Origin: a virus
Lineage: Duplodnaviria; Heunggongvirae; Uroviricota; Caudoviricetes
Reading direction: 5' to 3' (one strand)
Length of the DNA stretch: 26,571 nucleotides
IMG/VR virus record: IMGVR_UViG_2623620496_000002
Span: 1 to 26,571 of that record
Shown piece after piece: positions 9,416 through 17,063 of the stretch. The notes below the pieces were generated by a model, which worked only from the letters and a program-made list of their open reading frames with translations, had not been told where the DNA came from and did not search any database. Each line of letters starts with the position of its first letter. Position 1 is the first letter of the stretch. Position numbers and translations under genes: made by a program.

Positions 9416-10169
9416 TCTTCTCCTCCTCTGTTGATTGTCGCAGTCCGGATTCAAATGCCGCAGCCGCCCAGGCTGGCGGTTTAAGACCGGCTGCGCGGCG
9501 CTCCATCGTTTCACGGACCTGCTGGGCAAAAATTTCCTGATAGTCGTCACCGCGTTTTGCGCACTCTTTCTCGTAGGTACTCAATCCGGCTTCTATCAGC
9601 ATCACCGCTTCCTGAACTTCTTTCAGACCATCGATGGCCATACGACCGGAGCCTATCCAGTCGCAGTTCCCCCAGGCACTGCGTGCTTCCTGAAAGCTGA
9701 AGCGCGCTTTTGAAGGTAACGTCACCACGCGGCGAACGATGGCCTCTTCCAGCCAGCACAGAAACATCTGGCTCGCCTGACGGGATGCGACGAATTTTCG
9801 CCGCCCCATAAAGTGCGCCCACGACTCGTTCGCGCTGGCCCGTGCCGTGGAGTAGCTCATCTGGGCGTAATTCCGGGAAAGCTGCTCATACGAGACACCC
9901 AGCCCGGCAGCGATATACCGCAGCAGTGACTGCTCAAACACGGAGTAGCCGTTATCCGTGTCCTGAGCCGTCTGCAGGTTCAGTGAGTCACCCGGCATCA
10001 GGTGCGGTACTTTTGCGCCTCCCAGCCGGACCGGCGCTGCGGCGTAATACGCGGCAATTTCACCAATCCAGCCGGTCAGCCTTTCCCGCTGCTCCTGACT
10101 GTTCGCGCCCAGAATAAAATCCATCGCTGACTGCGTATCCAGCTCACTCTCAATGGTGGCGGCATACAT
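9396..10169 (-). CDS. B: portal protein gpB, C-terminal segment (gene split by inserted element)
   Basis: 257 aa ORF MYAATIESELDTQSAMDFILGANSQEQRERLTGWIGEIAAYYAAAP...EEEKSDSRAA corresponds to the C-terminal part of recalled lambda gpB (about residues 277-533); lambda-like sequence stops abruptly at 10175. Confidence 0.9.
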   Translation of the reverse strand: MYAATIESELDTQSAMDFILGANSQEQRERLTGWIGEIAAYYAAAPVRLGGAKVPHLMPGDSLNLQTAQDTDNGYSVFEQSLLRYIAAGLGVSYEQLSRNYAQMSYSTARASANESWAHFMGRRKFVASRQASQMFLCWLEEAIVRRVVTLPSKARFSFQEARSAWGNCDWIGSGRMAIDGLKEVQEAVMLIEAGLSTYEKECAKRGDDYQEIFAQQVRETMERRAAGLKPPAWAAAAFESGLRQSTEEEKSDSRAA

Positions 10170-10175
10170 CGCCTT
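10163..10175. repeat. 13-bp direct repeat at left junction of inserted element (putative att core, CATACATCGCCTT)
   Basis: CATACATCGCCTT at 10163..10175 matches CATAAATCGCCTT at 20562..20574 (12/13), the points where lambda-like B sequence ends and resumes. Confidence 0.7.
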
Positions 10176-10250
10176 TATGAAAAGACAGGAAAAAATAAAA
10201 TTTAAAAACAGTACATTACGAATGCTCAGACCTATCGTTTAAAGGAGTCG

Positions 10251-10271
10251 CAATACACACTGCAATACACG
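10251..10271. repeat. two direct copies of GCAATACAC near the left end of the element (candidate integrase or regulator binding sites)
   Basis: GCAATACAC at 10251..10259 and 10263..10271; the same motif occurs three times at the right end (20386..20438). Confidence 0.5.
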
Positions 10272-10612
10272 ATTATTTATAAGATGAGCGGCATCCGTCA
10301 TAAAGCTGGTGGATGCTTTTTCTATGCATATATGCACAGTTTTAGTGGGCGTTAATGTCGATATAGGGATCCCCATATCGAGATTGGATACCTGGCTTTT
10401 TTCCGGTTAACCTTTAATCAGGCTGGTGGGCTTTACCTGTTTTGTATGAGTGGTCATCATGACCATGTCATAACAAAAACCCCATATTCGTGGTTTTTCT
10501 GTGTCGGGCTATTCTGTCGTTGCTGTGCTGATTTGGCTGGTGGGCTGAATCATCATTACGGCGATGCAGCTATGTAGACGTTCCGGCCTCCTCAAATTGA
10601 GGATTGTGGAAG

Positions 10613-10720
10613 AATCAATGGGTTAGTCTTACTTTCCCGACATCCCCCAATGGGGGTTTTCGAAACAATCAATAGCTTAGGCTTACTTCCCCGATTTCCT
10701 GCATTGCAGGTTTTCGAAAT
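10613..10720 (+). repeat. tandem ~54-bp repeat units, each with a GC hairpin followed by TTTTCGAAA (candidate small RNA or terminator elements)
   Basis: Unit A 10613..10666 and unit B 10667..10720 both start AATCAAT and end GGTTTTCGAAA. Hairpins CCCCCAATGGGGG (10644..10656) and CCTGCATTGCAGG (10699..10711) differ by paired changes that keep the stem. A third partial unit and further hairpins follow at 10721..10828. Confidence 0.6.
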
Positions 10721-10984
10721 AATCAATGGGTTAGGCCATCGTGCAATTTTGCACTTTGCCAGCCAGCGCAATGTCGCGTTATCAGTCCTCAGATGTGAGG
10801 GATGTAGCCAGCTTTTCCCCCAGTGGGGGATATCCAGCACCGACGGCTTAACTGTGCGTGCCAGCACAAGGTAGCCTTGAACTACTTACTGCATCCCATC
10901 TTACAGGCCGTGCCTTCCTGCTTAACTTTTTGCAATGCAACAAGTCAGCCAGCGCAATTTTGCGTTATCGGGAATATCAGCAAG

Positions 10985-11266
10985 TTACCGCCGCAATCGT
11001 TCCGGCTTCTTCCACTGGTAAGTATTTTTCGCGCTCTCCCTCCGTTGTTGAGAACGGCGACGATATGCCAGCAACTCAAGGACTCTTGTTCGTATGTTGC
11101 GCATATCCACGCCGTTAAGCTCAATACCGTCACGGCGCATCACCTCAGCCACTACACGCACATAATTATCTGCGGTCACGCTGTCCGGCTGCGTGGCCTG
11201 TTCGTCATGCTGCTTGCTGATTCCACAAGCACGGCGGATTAATCGCAGTATTTCGGATTCAGTCAT
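10985..11266 (-). CDS. hypothetical protein (93 aa) downstream of satellite small-terminase homolog
   Basis: ORF MTESEILRLIRRACGISKQHDEQ... directly downstream of the TerS-like gene; no recognisable motif; weak RBS. Confidence 0.45.
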   Translation of the reverse strand: MTESEILRLIRRACGISKQHDEQATQPDSVTADNYVRVVAEVMRRDGIELNGVDMRNIRTRVLELLAYRRRSQQRRESAKNTYQWKKPERLRR

Positions 11267-11277
11267 AGCGTACTACG

Positions 11278-11820
11278 TTACTTATCTTTATTCGGCTGCA
11301 ACTTATCCGGTACGTTTCCGGCAGTTTCCATCAGATAATCGGACAGCATCAGCGGTATGTTTTCGTCAAGTTTTGCGCATGCGTTACGGGCTCTGATAAC
11401 TTCTTTTTTCAGTCCATCCAGCATAGACGGCTTCATGTCGGGAAACTTCCTTGTCATGGCAAGCGGCAGGCTGTCCATGATTGAAGAAATCTGACTCGCT
11501 AGTTTTGAAATCGCGTAGATGCAAAACTTTGTATCAATCACCTCGCCGCGTTCGCGCTCGTTTTTAAGTTCCTGCGCTTCCGCCTGGGCCGTCATTAATC
11601 TGATTCTTACGCGTAAAAGTTCATCATCATCAATCTCGCCTTTGTCGTCTGTAATCTGGTTAATTGCATTGCTAACCCGATTGTCTATTACGCTGGCAAC
11701 ATCATAAAACGCCTCGCGGCCTTTACGTTCAACGGGAGTCACTCCCCACTTGTCGAACGCTGTCGCACTTACACGGCAGCTTTGCGCCATGTTTTTTTTG
11801 TTCATCAGGTGCGATTTCAT
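11278..11820 (-). CDS. terminase small subunit homolog (Nu1-like; candidate packaging-redirection protein)
   Basis: C-terminal half aligns with the prophage Nu1 in this same window (LMTAQAEAQELKNERERGEVIDTKFCIYAISKLASQISSIMDSLPLAMTRKFPDM versus LTRAQADAQELKNARDSAEVVETAFCTFVLSRIAGEIASILDGIPLSVQRRFPEL); N-terminal region divergent. Start taken at ATG 11818..11820 (MKSHLMNKK) with GGGG RBS; the track ORF begins at an upstream GTG. Confidence 0.8.
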   Translation of the reverse strand: MKSHLMNKKNMAQSCRVSATAFDKWGVTPVERKGREAFYDVASVIDNRVSNAINQITDDKGEIDDDELLRVRIRLMTAQAEAQELKNERERGEVIDTKFCIYAISKLASQISSIMDSLPLAMTRKFPDMKPSMLDGLKKEVIRARNACAKLDENIPLMLSDYLMETAGNVPDKLQPNKDK

Positions 11821-11932
11821 CAATATCCCCACTTAAGTAATGTTTCAGGTTGGTGTATTGGCTTTATCTTTTCCTTTTTATTCATAGAGATAGAGCGAAC
11901 AACAAAACCACCACCAGCACCCGAAAAAGGCT

Positions 11933-11996
11933 CATAAATAGCGAAAACCCGCGAGGTCGCCGCCCCGTAGCCTACCGGATCGCCGGAAAGGACCCG
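11933..11996. other. satellite cos site (cohesive-end region AGGTCGCCGCCC at 11954..11965)
   Basis: CATAAATAGCGAAAACCCGCG-AGGTCGCCGCCC-CGTAGCCTACCGGATCGCCGGAAAGGACCCG closely matches the prophage cos block at 24198..24261 except inside the 12-nt core; the core is the reverse complement of the recalled lambda cohesive end GGGCGGCGACCT. Lies just upstream of the TerS-like gene, as cos lies upstream of Nu1. Confidence 0.75.
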
Positions 11997-12021
11997 CCAG
12001 CCAGAACGGGCCCTAATTTCA

Positions 12022-12405
12022 TCAACCAATCAACTTATAGCGACCATCCCGTGCATTGCGACGTACACGCTCAATCTTGAGGCATAGCGCCGCATCTGGC
12101 TTTTTTGGGACAGGTACGCGGCAATATTCAGAAGATCGAGGAATATTGTTTATCCAGTCGATCACTTCACTTAAATACCAGGCCTTACGCCCTTCCGTAA
12201 CCTGTACGCGTTCGGGGAACTCTCCGCGAGCCTCAAGGTTTAGCAATGTGCGACGGCTAAGGGTAGTAAGTTCCATCACCTGATTCATATCAACAAGGCG
12301 TTCACTTAAACGCATTTTGTCAGCAATAGCCTTTAATTCCTCTACTGCTGGATCCGGATACATCATTTCGGCAATTGGCTTAAGGTCATTGTAATGATTC
12401 TGCAT
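12022..12405 (-). CDS. putative AlpA/MerR-like helix-turn-helix DNA-binding protein
   Basis: Segment MELTTLSRRTLLNLEARGEFPERVQVTEGRKAWYLSEVIDWI resembles AlpA-family HTH; start placed at ATG 12403..12405 (MQNHYNDL) preceded by AAAGGGGGA RBS; the track ORF starts at an upstream TTG. Confidence 0.6.
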   Translation of the reverse strand: MQNHYNDLKPIAEMMYPDPAVEELKAIADKMRLSERLVDMNQVMELTTLSRRTLLNLEARGEFPERVQVTEGRKAWYLSEVIDWINNIPRSSEYCRVPVPKKPDAALCLKIERVRRNARDGRYKLIG

Positions 12406-12416
12406 TGTATCCCCCT

Positions 12417-12758
12417 TTACACACAAGCCAGCGGCTGAACAGAAATACCTGAGCCAACAAACGCGGCAACCTTTGCCGACAGTTCTTTTACAGACTCAGG
12501 CCAGTTCAGAGCATCAACATTTAAAACACCTGTCTTATAAACCTGTGCCTGTGTTTTTTTCGCTGTGTCGATTTGTACAGCGGAAACATAAACCGCTTTA
12601 CCTACGCTCGAACCATCCCATACCACCAGTGCACCTGTTGCATCTTCCTGCATCAGTGGCGTAAATGCAGGAATTACCCCTTTATTAGCTGAAAATATCC
12701 CCAGCGTAGTCACCAGTGCTTCAGTGCCAGCCATGAGTTCAGTGTAATGAGTAGCCAT
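12417..12758 (-). CDS. head decoration protein homolog (gpD-like) encoded by the satellite
   Basis: 113 aa; central region GALVVWDGSSVGKAVYVSAVQID...VYKTGVLNVDALNWPE parallels prophage gp[24 protein letters not shown]...[16 protein letters not shown]; strong RBS GGGGGAG before the ATG. Confidence 0.75.
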   Translation of the reverse strand: MATHYTELMAGTEALVTTLGIFSANKGVIPAFTPLMQEDATGALVVWDGSSVGKAVYVSAVQIDTAKKTQAQVYKTGVLNVDALNWPESVKELSAKVAAFVGSGISVQPLACV

Positions 12759-12767
12759 TGCTCCCCC

Positions 12768-13808
12768 TTAGCCAATGCGAACGGTAACAAAACGATTGAT
12801 GCGGGCCGGTATTGGCTGTGGTGCTGAATGTGTCTGCACATATTCAATAGCCGGATCACCAGGCACAATATAGTTTTTCGGTGCAAGTTCGGCTTTAGTC
12901 AGCCCCATTCGGATTAGCTCCGGATCCTGAATACCGCCATAGGCGACAATCCCCTGAAGAGCCGTATTGCCAAGCACCATCAAATCAGGATCAAGGAAAT
13001 GTTTTTCTGTTCCGTCCTCGTCGGTATAACGCCCGCTGTAAACAACAATCGCAACATCGCCCATATACCCTTTAAAACTCACCGAATCACCAAGGTCTTT
13101 AAGGGCCGTTTCCAGTTCGGAATTAGAACCACGACGGGTATCCAAAGCCTCTTTTATCGCTCTGAATGAACGGTATTTCTTCCATACATTACCACCCATA
13201 ATGATGATATTAGTGACGCCCTCACTAAATTCTGCGTAGCTCTCAATATCATCATTTGGATCAAAAGTTTCTTTATCCTTACCTGACCACTCAGTACCGC
13301 CAGACTGAGTGATGATATTTTGTGGTTTTATATTCCAGTCCAGCTCATAACGTTCAATACCATCGCCCTCAATGATATTTTTCCCCGTTGTGATTGCCTG
13401 AACAGCAAGCCATTCAATACGTGCACGAATAGCTTTAGCCTGATTTACAATCGCCTGTTTAACTTTAATATTACGCGCCCCAAAAGCATTGTATTGCTCA
13501 GGTGACACACCAGCAGGGCGCACAGCTAACTTATTTGGATCAATGCTGCTTTTCGGCTTCATATAACCTGGACGAATTGTTTTTGATTCGTATCCCTCAT
13601 CTCGTGAAACTTTACTGCCCACCATAGGAGAGCAAAACGCCGCGATCGGGATATTTGGATCGTCGATCGTATCAAGAATAATGTCTCTCGATTCAAACAT
13701 TACCGAGCGAGTGAAAAACAAACTGGTAAACAACGCATTTAATTTTTTTTGCACATCTTCAGCATTAGCCACCTGCACAAGCTGTGTAGGCGAATATAAA
13801 TCAACCAT
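12768..13808 (-). CDS. major capsid protein homolog (gpE-like) encoded by the satellite
   Basis: Aligns along its length with the prophage gpE in this window (for example QSGGTEWSGKDKETFDPNDDIESYA versus QSGGTEWSKRDKSTYDPTDDIEAYA; RSFRAIKEALDTRRGSNSELETALKDLG versus RSFKAVKEKLDTRRGSHSELETAVKDLG). Start placed at ATG 13806..13808 (MVDLYSPTQLVQVA, aligning to gpE MSMYTTAQLLAANE) with AAAGAGGA RBS; the upstream extension in the ORF track is rejected. Confidence 0.85.
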   Translation of the reverse strand: MVDLYSPTQLVQVANAEDVQKKLNALFTSLFFTRSVMFESRDIILDTIDDPNIPIAAFCSPMVGSKVSRDEGYESKTIRPGYMKPKSSIDPNKLAVRPAGVSPEQYNAFGARNIKVKQAIVNQAKAIRARIEWLAVQAITTGKNIIEGDGIERYELDWNIKPQNIITQSGGTEWSGKDKETFDPNDDIESYAEFSEGVTNIIIMGGNVWKKYRSFRAIKEALDTRRGSNSELETALKDLGDSVSFKGYMGDVAIVVYSGRYTDEDGTEKHFLDPDLMVLGNTALQGIVAYGGIQDPELIRMGLTKAELAPKNYIVPGDPAIEYVQTHSAPQPIPARINRFVTVRIG

Positions 13809-13982
13809 ACGCATCCTCTTTGCATTCATTAAAAATAATTGTGGATATATGCTATCACCGATATTTGTCATGCGAATACATGCAACCGAGTGCAATGTTG
13901 TATAAAGTTTTGGGATAACAACTTCAGCGCGGATAATTAGTGTTAATATCTTCACTCCCTTTGGTCGGGATTTATGTAGCAT

Positions 13983-14014
13983 GCCGGAAAATTTATTTTT
14001 TTCCGGCCTTTTTT
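13983..14014 (+). terminator. rho-independent terminator-like hairpin between ssb and capsid-homolog genes
   Basis: GCCGGAAAA-TTTATTT-TTTTCCGGC (9-bp stem, 13983..14007) followed by CTTTTTT on the plus strand and flanked by an A-run on the other side; may act bidirectionally. Confidence 0.45.
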
Positions 14015-14025
14015 ATTGGCAATAT

Positions 14026-14475
14026 TTAAAACGGAATATCATCTCCCCATTGCTCATTTTCTCCCACTGGTGGATGGCTTCCTTGCTGATCTGCCTGTTG
14101 TTTTGCTCTGTTCAGTGCGTCAGTAGCCTGACCCTGTTGACCTTTTTTGCCGCCCGGTCGCACCGTTCGCGCACTGATTACGCTGTCTGCGATAACCTGC
14201 CAGCCCTGCCGCGTTTCACCGTTCTGGCCTGTCCACTGTCTTACCTGCATGTTACCCGCCACGCTCACCAGTTCGCCTTTGTGGTGTTTTGCCAGTGCGT
14301 CGGCCTGTCTGCCAAACGCCAGGACGGATAACCACATCGTCGCCGTTCCGTCATCTGCCTGGCTGCACGGAAGGGGGACCGCCATACTAGCCATCGTCAT
14401 TTGTGTACCCTTGCTGGTGGTCTTTAACTGCGGGTCAGCCACCAGCCGCCCGTAAGCCGCTATCTGTGCTGTCAT
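14026..14475 (-). CDS. ssb: single-stranded DNA-binding protein
   Basis: 149 aa, glycine/glutamine-rich linker and acidic C-terminal tail ending DDIPF, the characteristic SSB tip. Confidence 0.85.
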   Translation of the reverse strand: MTAQIAAYGRLVADPQLKTTSKGTQMTMASMAVPLPCSQADDGTATMWLSVLAFGRQADALAKHHKGELVSVAGNMQVRQWTGQNGETRQGWQVIADSVISARTVRPGGKKGQQGQATDALNRAKQQADQQGSHPPVGENEQWGDDIPF

Positions 14476-14723
14476 GCTGTCTGCTCTCCAGTTTTAACGT
14501 TGATGGTTGTCACCTGTTCCGCTTCGGCAATCTCCCGTTCTGTCAGCGTGGCAAAGTTTGCCGCCGTCGTGGTCATGAATGCGCTTATCAGTTCGGGGTG
14601 TGCTTTCGCGTATCCTTCCCCAGCGTGGCGGTCTATCGTTCTGATTGCCACCTTTAAGGCGTGCTCTGTCATGTCTAACGCTTTATATTTTGGCGCTGTC
14701 TTATCTCTGGTTTTTCTGGTCAT
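14472..14723 (-). CDS. hypothetical protein (83 aa)
   Basis: ORF between the iteron cluster and ssb; stop overlaps the ssb start; no recognisable motif. Confidence 0.5.
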   Translation of the reverse strand: MTRKTRDKTAPKYKALDMTEHALKVAIRTIDRHAGEGYAKAHPELISAFMTTTAANFATLTEREIAEAEQVTTINVKTGEQTA

Positions 14724-14732
14724 TCCTCACTG

Positions 14733-14926
14733 CTCCCCACTTTTACTACCCACTTTTTGAAATTACCCAACGTCTCCCCACTTCTTTTTTTTGTGATTCT
14801 AACGTGATGTTTTTCAATGTGTTTTTTATTCCCCACTTTTTGGGGTATATACAGGTGGGAAAGTGGGGAATCACGTTTCAATTTTGTTAAATTCCCCACA
14901 CTCCCCACTTTTACTACCCACTTTTT
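14733..14926. repeat. iteron cluster, putative satellite replication origin
   Basis: Perfect 26-bp direct repeat CTCCCCACTTTTACTACCCACTTTTT at 14733..14758 and 14901..14926, plus additional CCCCAC(T)TTT copies (14774, 14831, 14893) and an inverted copy AAGTGGGG (14861..14868), immediately downstream of the replicase gene. Confidence 0.65.
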
Positions 14927-16340
14927 ACAGTGGGCGCACGTCATCACCGTCAATAGCAATAACGCCATCACCTTCCAGCTTGTACAGCCAGCGCCGGAAG
15001 TGTTTCATCTCATACCCCAGCTTTTTCATATCATCGCGCAACAACGGAATAGTGCATTTATCTCCGCGCTGTGTGCGTGAACGGATACAGCCCCATAGCG
15101 CGGCATGATTCTCCGTCTTGTTCCCGGCTTCCTCGATGCGCTCCAGTTCAACGGGTGGGCGCGGCTTATCCACAACAACCAGCGACGTGATTAACTCCCC
15201 GTCAGTGTCGGTAAAAAGCTCCACCACACGTAAATCGTATGCGGCCTCTTTCAGTTCCTCCGCGTCCTTCATTTTTGTGCAGGAGATAACCAGGGCTTCA
15301 CTGTCTGCACCTTCACGGCGAATACGGTATTCAGCGTCCAGAGATGCACGAAATGCACTGGAACCACGCGCCCCCTTTGTTTCATCCTTGCCGGAATGGT
15401 GAACCACCAGCACCGTGGCCCCTGTGCGGCGTTTCAGTTCGTCACATCCACGGATAAACGCCCCCATATCCCGCGCGTCATTTTCATCATTACCGCCAAA
15501 GCAACGCGCCAGCGTATCAAGAATAATCATGCGTACCGGTTTACCCGTTTCCCGTTCAACCTGGCGGGAAGCGATGACCATTTCATCAACATCAAGCGGG
15601 ACTGCCGGAAAAATCGGGCGGTTTACCAGGTACAGATTTTCCACCCGTTCATCATTAACGATTTCCCATGCCTTGATACGGCGGGGGACACCAATGCCAC
15701 CTTCACCGACAACATACATCACCGAACCATGCGCCACCCTGCGGCCTCCCCAGTGACGGCCAGTGGCAACATGACACGCCCAGGAACACGCGAGGAACGA
15801 TTTATAGGAACCGCTCGCGCCGTATGTGCTGCACAATGAATTAGCCGGAATCACGCCCTTAACGACATAATCAAGCTGTGTGTCGTACCCTGCAGATCCA
15901 ATGCTCATTGGTAGCGTGGTTTTTCGCTGGCTGTATTGCTCGTCAGTAAGTATTTCCCCGCGCTCTGCCTGTTCGCGGATCCGTTGCAGGTAGTCGTGCC
16001 AGTTCTCCAGCTTCTGGCTGTGCATTCCATCAGGGTAATAATTCGCATCCCGTACACCTGCCGCCGCCAGCTTTTGCCCGATAGCATTAATATTTGACGG
16101 CTTGATGTGGCCTGCCTTGTACAGCCGGACACAATAGCGACCATCGTCGATAATTTTCAGGTCTGCCAGTTCGTCAAGCTGGCTGTCTCCCAGCCATACA
16201 GGCGGGACGTTATCACCAGCAAGTCGCCCGTCCTGTTCCTGCCACTGTTTCGCGTGCGCCCAGGCATCACTACCCGCAAAAATAATGACTTCGGTCATTT
16301 TGTCGTGTGGCTGTTTTTTTAAGTTCGGTGCCAGTTTCAT
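14925..16340 (-). CDS. replication initiation protein (primase/helicase-like, RecA-like ATPase domain)
   Basis: 471 aa; Walker A-like YGASGSYKSF and Walker B-like RMIILDTLARCF, then VLVVHHSGKDETKGARGSSAF typical of RepA/DnaB-like ATPases; start overlaps upstream ORF stop (ATGA). Confidence 0.8.
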   Translation of the reverse strand: MKLAPNLKKQPHDKMTEVIIFAGSDAWAHAKQWQEQDGRLAGDNVPPVWLGDSQLDELADLKIIDDGRYCVRLYKAGHIKPSNINAIGQKLAAAGVRDANYYPDGMHSQKLENWHDYLQRIREQAERGEILTDEQYSQRKTTLPMSIGSAGYDTQLDYVVKGVIPANSLCSTYGASGSYKSFLACSWACHVATGRHWGGRRVAHGSVMYVVGEGGIGVPRRIKAWEIVNDERVENLYLVNRPIFPAVPLDVDEMVIASRQVERETGKPVRMIILDTLARCFGGNDENDARDMGAFIRGCDELKRRTGATVLVVHHSGKDETKGARGSSAFRASLDAEYRIRREGADSEALVISCTKMKDAEELKEAAYDLRVVELFTDTDGELITSLVVVDKPRPPVELERIEEAGNKTENHAALWGCIRSRTQRGDKCTIPLLRDDMKKLGYEMKHFRRWLYKLEGDGVIAIDGDDVRPL

Positions 16341-16636
16341 TTTTTGCCCCTGAATGCGTTAATCATGTTTTTCATTTTCTGAATATTTGCCCGTGCCTTT
16401 GCGTTGCTGGTGGGCTGTTTGCGTGGTGTGGCCTGTATCAGTGAAAAATCACGCCGGAACTGATAAGCAGGCATCACGCAGTCATAGCCGTACCCATCAC
16501 GGCGGTAAGTAACGCACCGCCCCGCCACGCTTTTAATCGTTACCGTGCCACCGTAGTTATCCCGGAAAATATCGCCGGGGCGGATTTCAGGCCGAGGGAG
16601 ACCACTGGCAGTAAAGCCAGAATTTTTCTGTTTCAT
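16337..16636 (-). CDS. hypothetical protein (99 aa)
   Basis: ORF whose stop overlaps the replicase start, suggesting translational coupling; no recognisable motif. Confidence 0.55.
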   Translation of the reverse strand: MKQKNSGFTASGLPRPEIRPGDIFRDNYGGTVTIKSVAGRCVTYRRDGYGYDCVMPAYQFRRDFSLIQATPRKQPTSNAKARANIQKMKNMINAFRGKK

Positions 16637-16642
16637 GTTTTT

Positions 16643-16861
16643 TTACTCCAGAGGCAGATTTTTAGCGGCGAGTTCAATATCAGATGTCAGAGAAACCTGT
16701 GTATTTGCCAGGTCTAACAACAAAGAAATAAGAATTTCCTCTCTGCTATCGGATTCATCGGTGCTAAGGCTGTTCATCCACATATTGACGACTTCCCTGA
16801 TTTTTTTCGCAGAGTGCAGGGCTTCAAATGCCAGGTCTTCAATATCATGTTTATTTCGCAT
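16643..16861 (-). CDS. hypothetical protein (start uncertain)
   Basis: Track ORF 16643..16927; internal ATG at 16859..16861 (MRNKHDIE) chosen to limit overlap with the upstream gene. Confidence 0.4.
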   Translation of the reverse strand: MRNKHDIEDLAFEALHSAKKIREVVNMWMNSLSTDESDSREEILISLLLDLANTQVSLTSDIELAAKNLPLE

Positions 16862-17063
16862 AATCGCCCCCGCGTAACTGGTCTGCACTAACACCCGATT
16901 TAGTGAGCATTTCAGAAAATCCCGCAAGAGTGCTGATAAATTCGTTTTCCATTAAACGGCACTGGCATTTAACCCGGCCTTTTTCCAGATACACCAGTAC
17001 GCGCCACGTATAATCTGACGGCACATTCAGCACTACAGATAAGTGCGCTTCATTATTATTCAT
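16851..17063 (-). CDS. hypothetical protein (70 aa)
   Basis: Compact ORF in the small-gene cluster between the regulatory region and the replicase. Confidence 0.45.
   Translation of the reverse strand: MNNNEAHLSVVLNVPSDYTWRVLVYLEKGRVKCQCRLMENEFISTLAGFSEMLTKSGVSADQLRGGDYAK

Noticed and set aside
730-9550. Many plus-strand ORFs antisense to the lambda-like late genes (for example 1121..1639, 1585..2115, 2155..2733, 8027..8477, 8738..9229)
   Set aside because: Every one overlaps a strongly supported minus-strand structural gene; long antisense frames are expected in GC-rich coding DNA.
10592-10874. Overlapping ORFs 10592..10867 (minus) and 10650..10874 (plus)
   Set aside because: Both sit on the tandem hairpin repeats; no RBS and repeat-driven composition. 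The repeats are also not a CRISPR array: units are degenerate, abut each other without spacers, and no cas genes are present.
12768-13982. 404-aa version of the satellite capsid homolog
   Set aside because: The upstream 58 codons have no counterpart in gpE; alignment to gpE begins at MVDLYSPTQL, and that ATG has a good RBS (AAAGAGGA).
14720-14971. 83-aa minus-strand ORF
   Set aside because: Lies entirely over the iteron cluster and overlaps the replicase gene end; repeat-driven reading frame rather than a gene.
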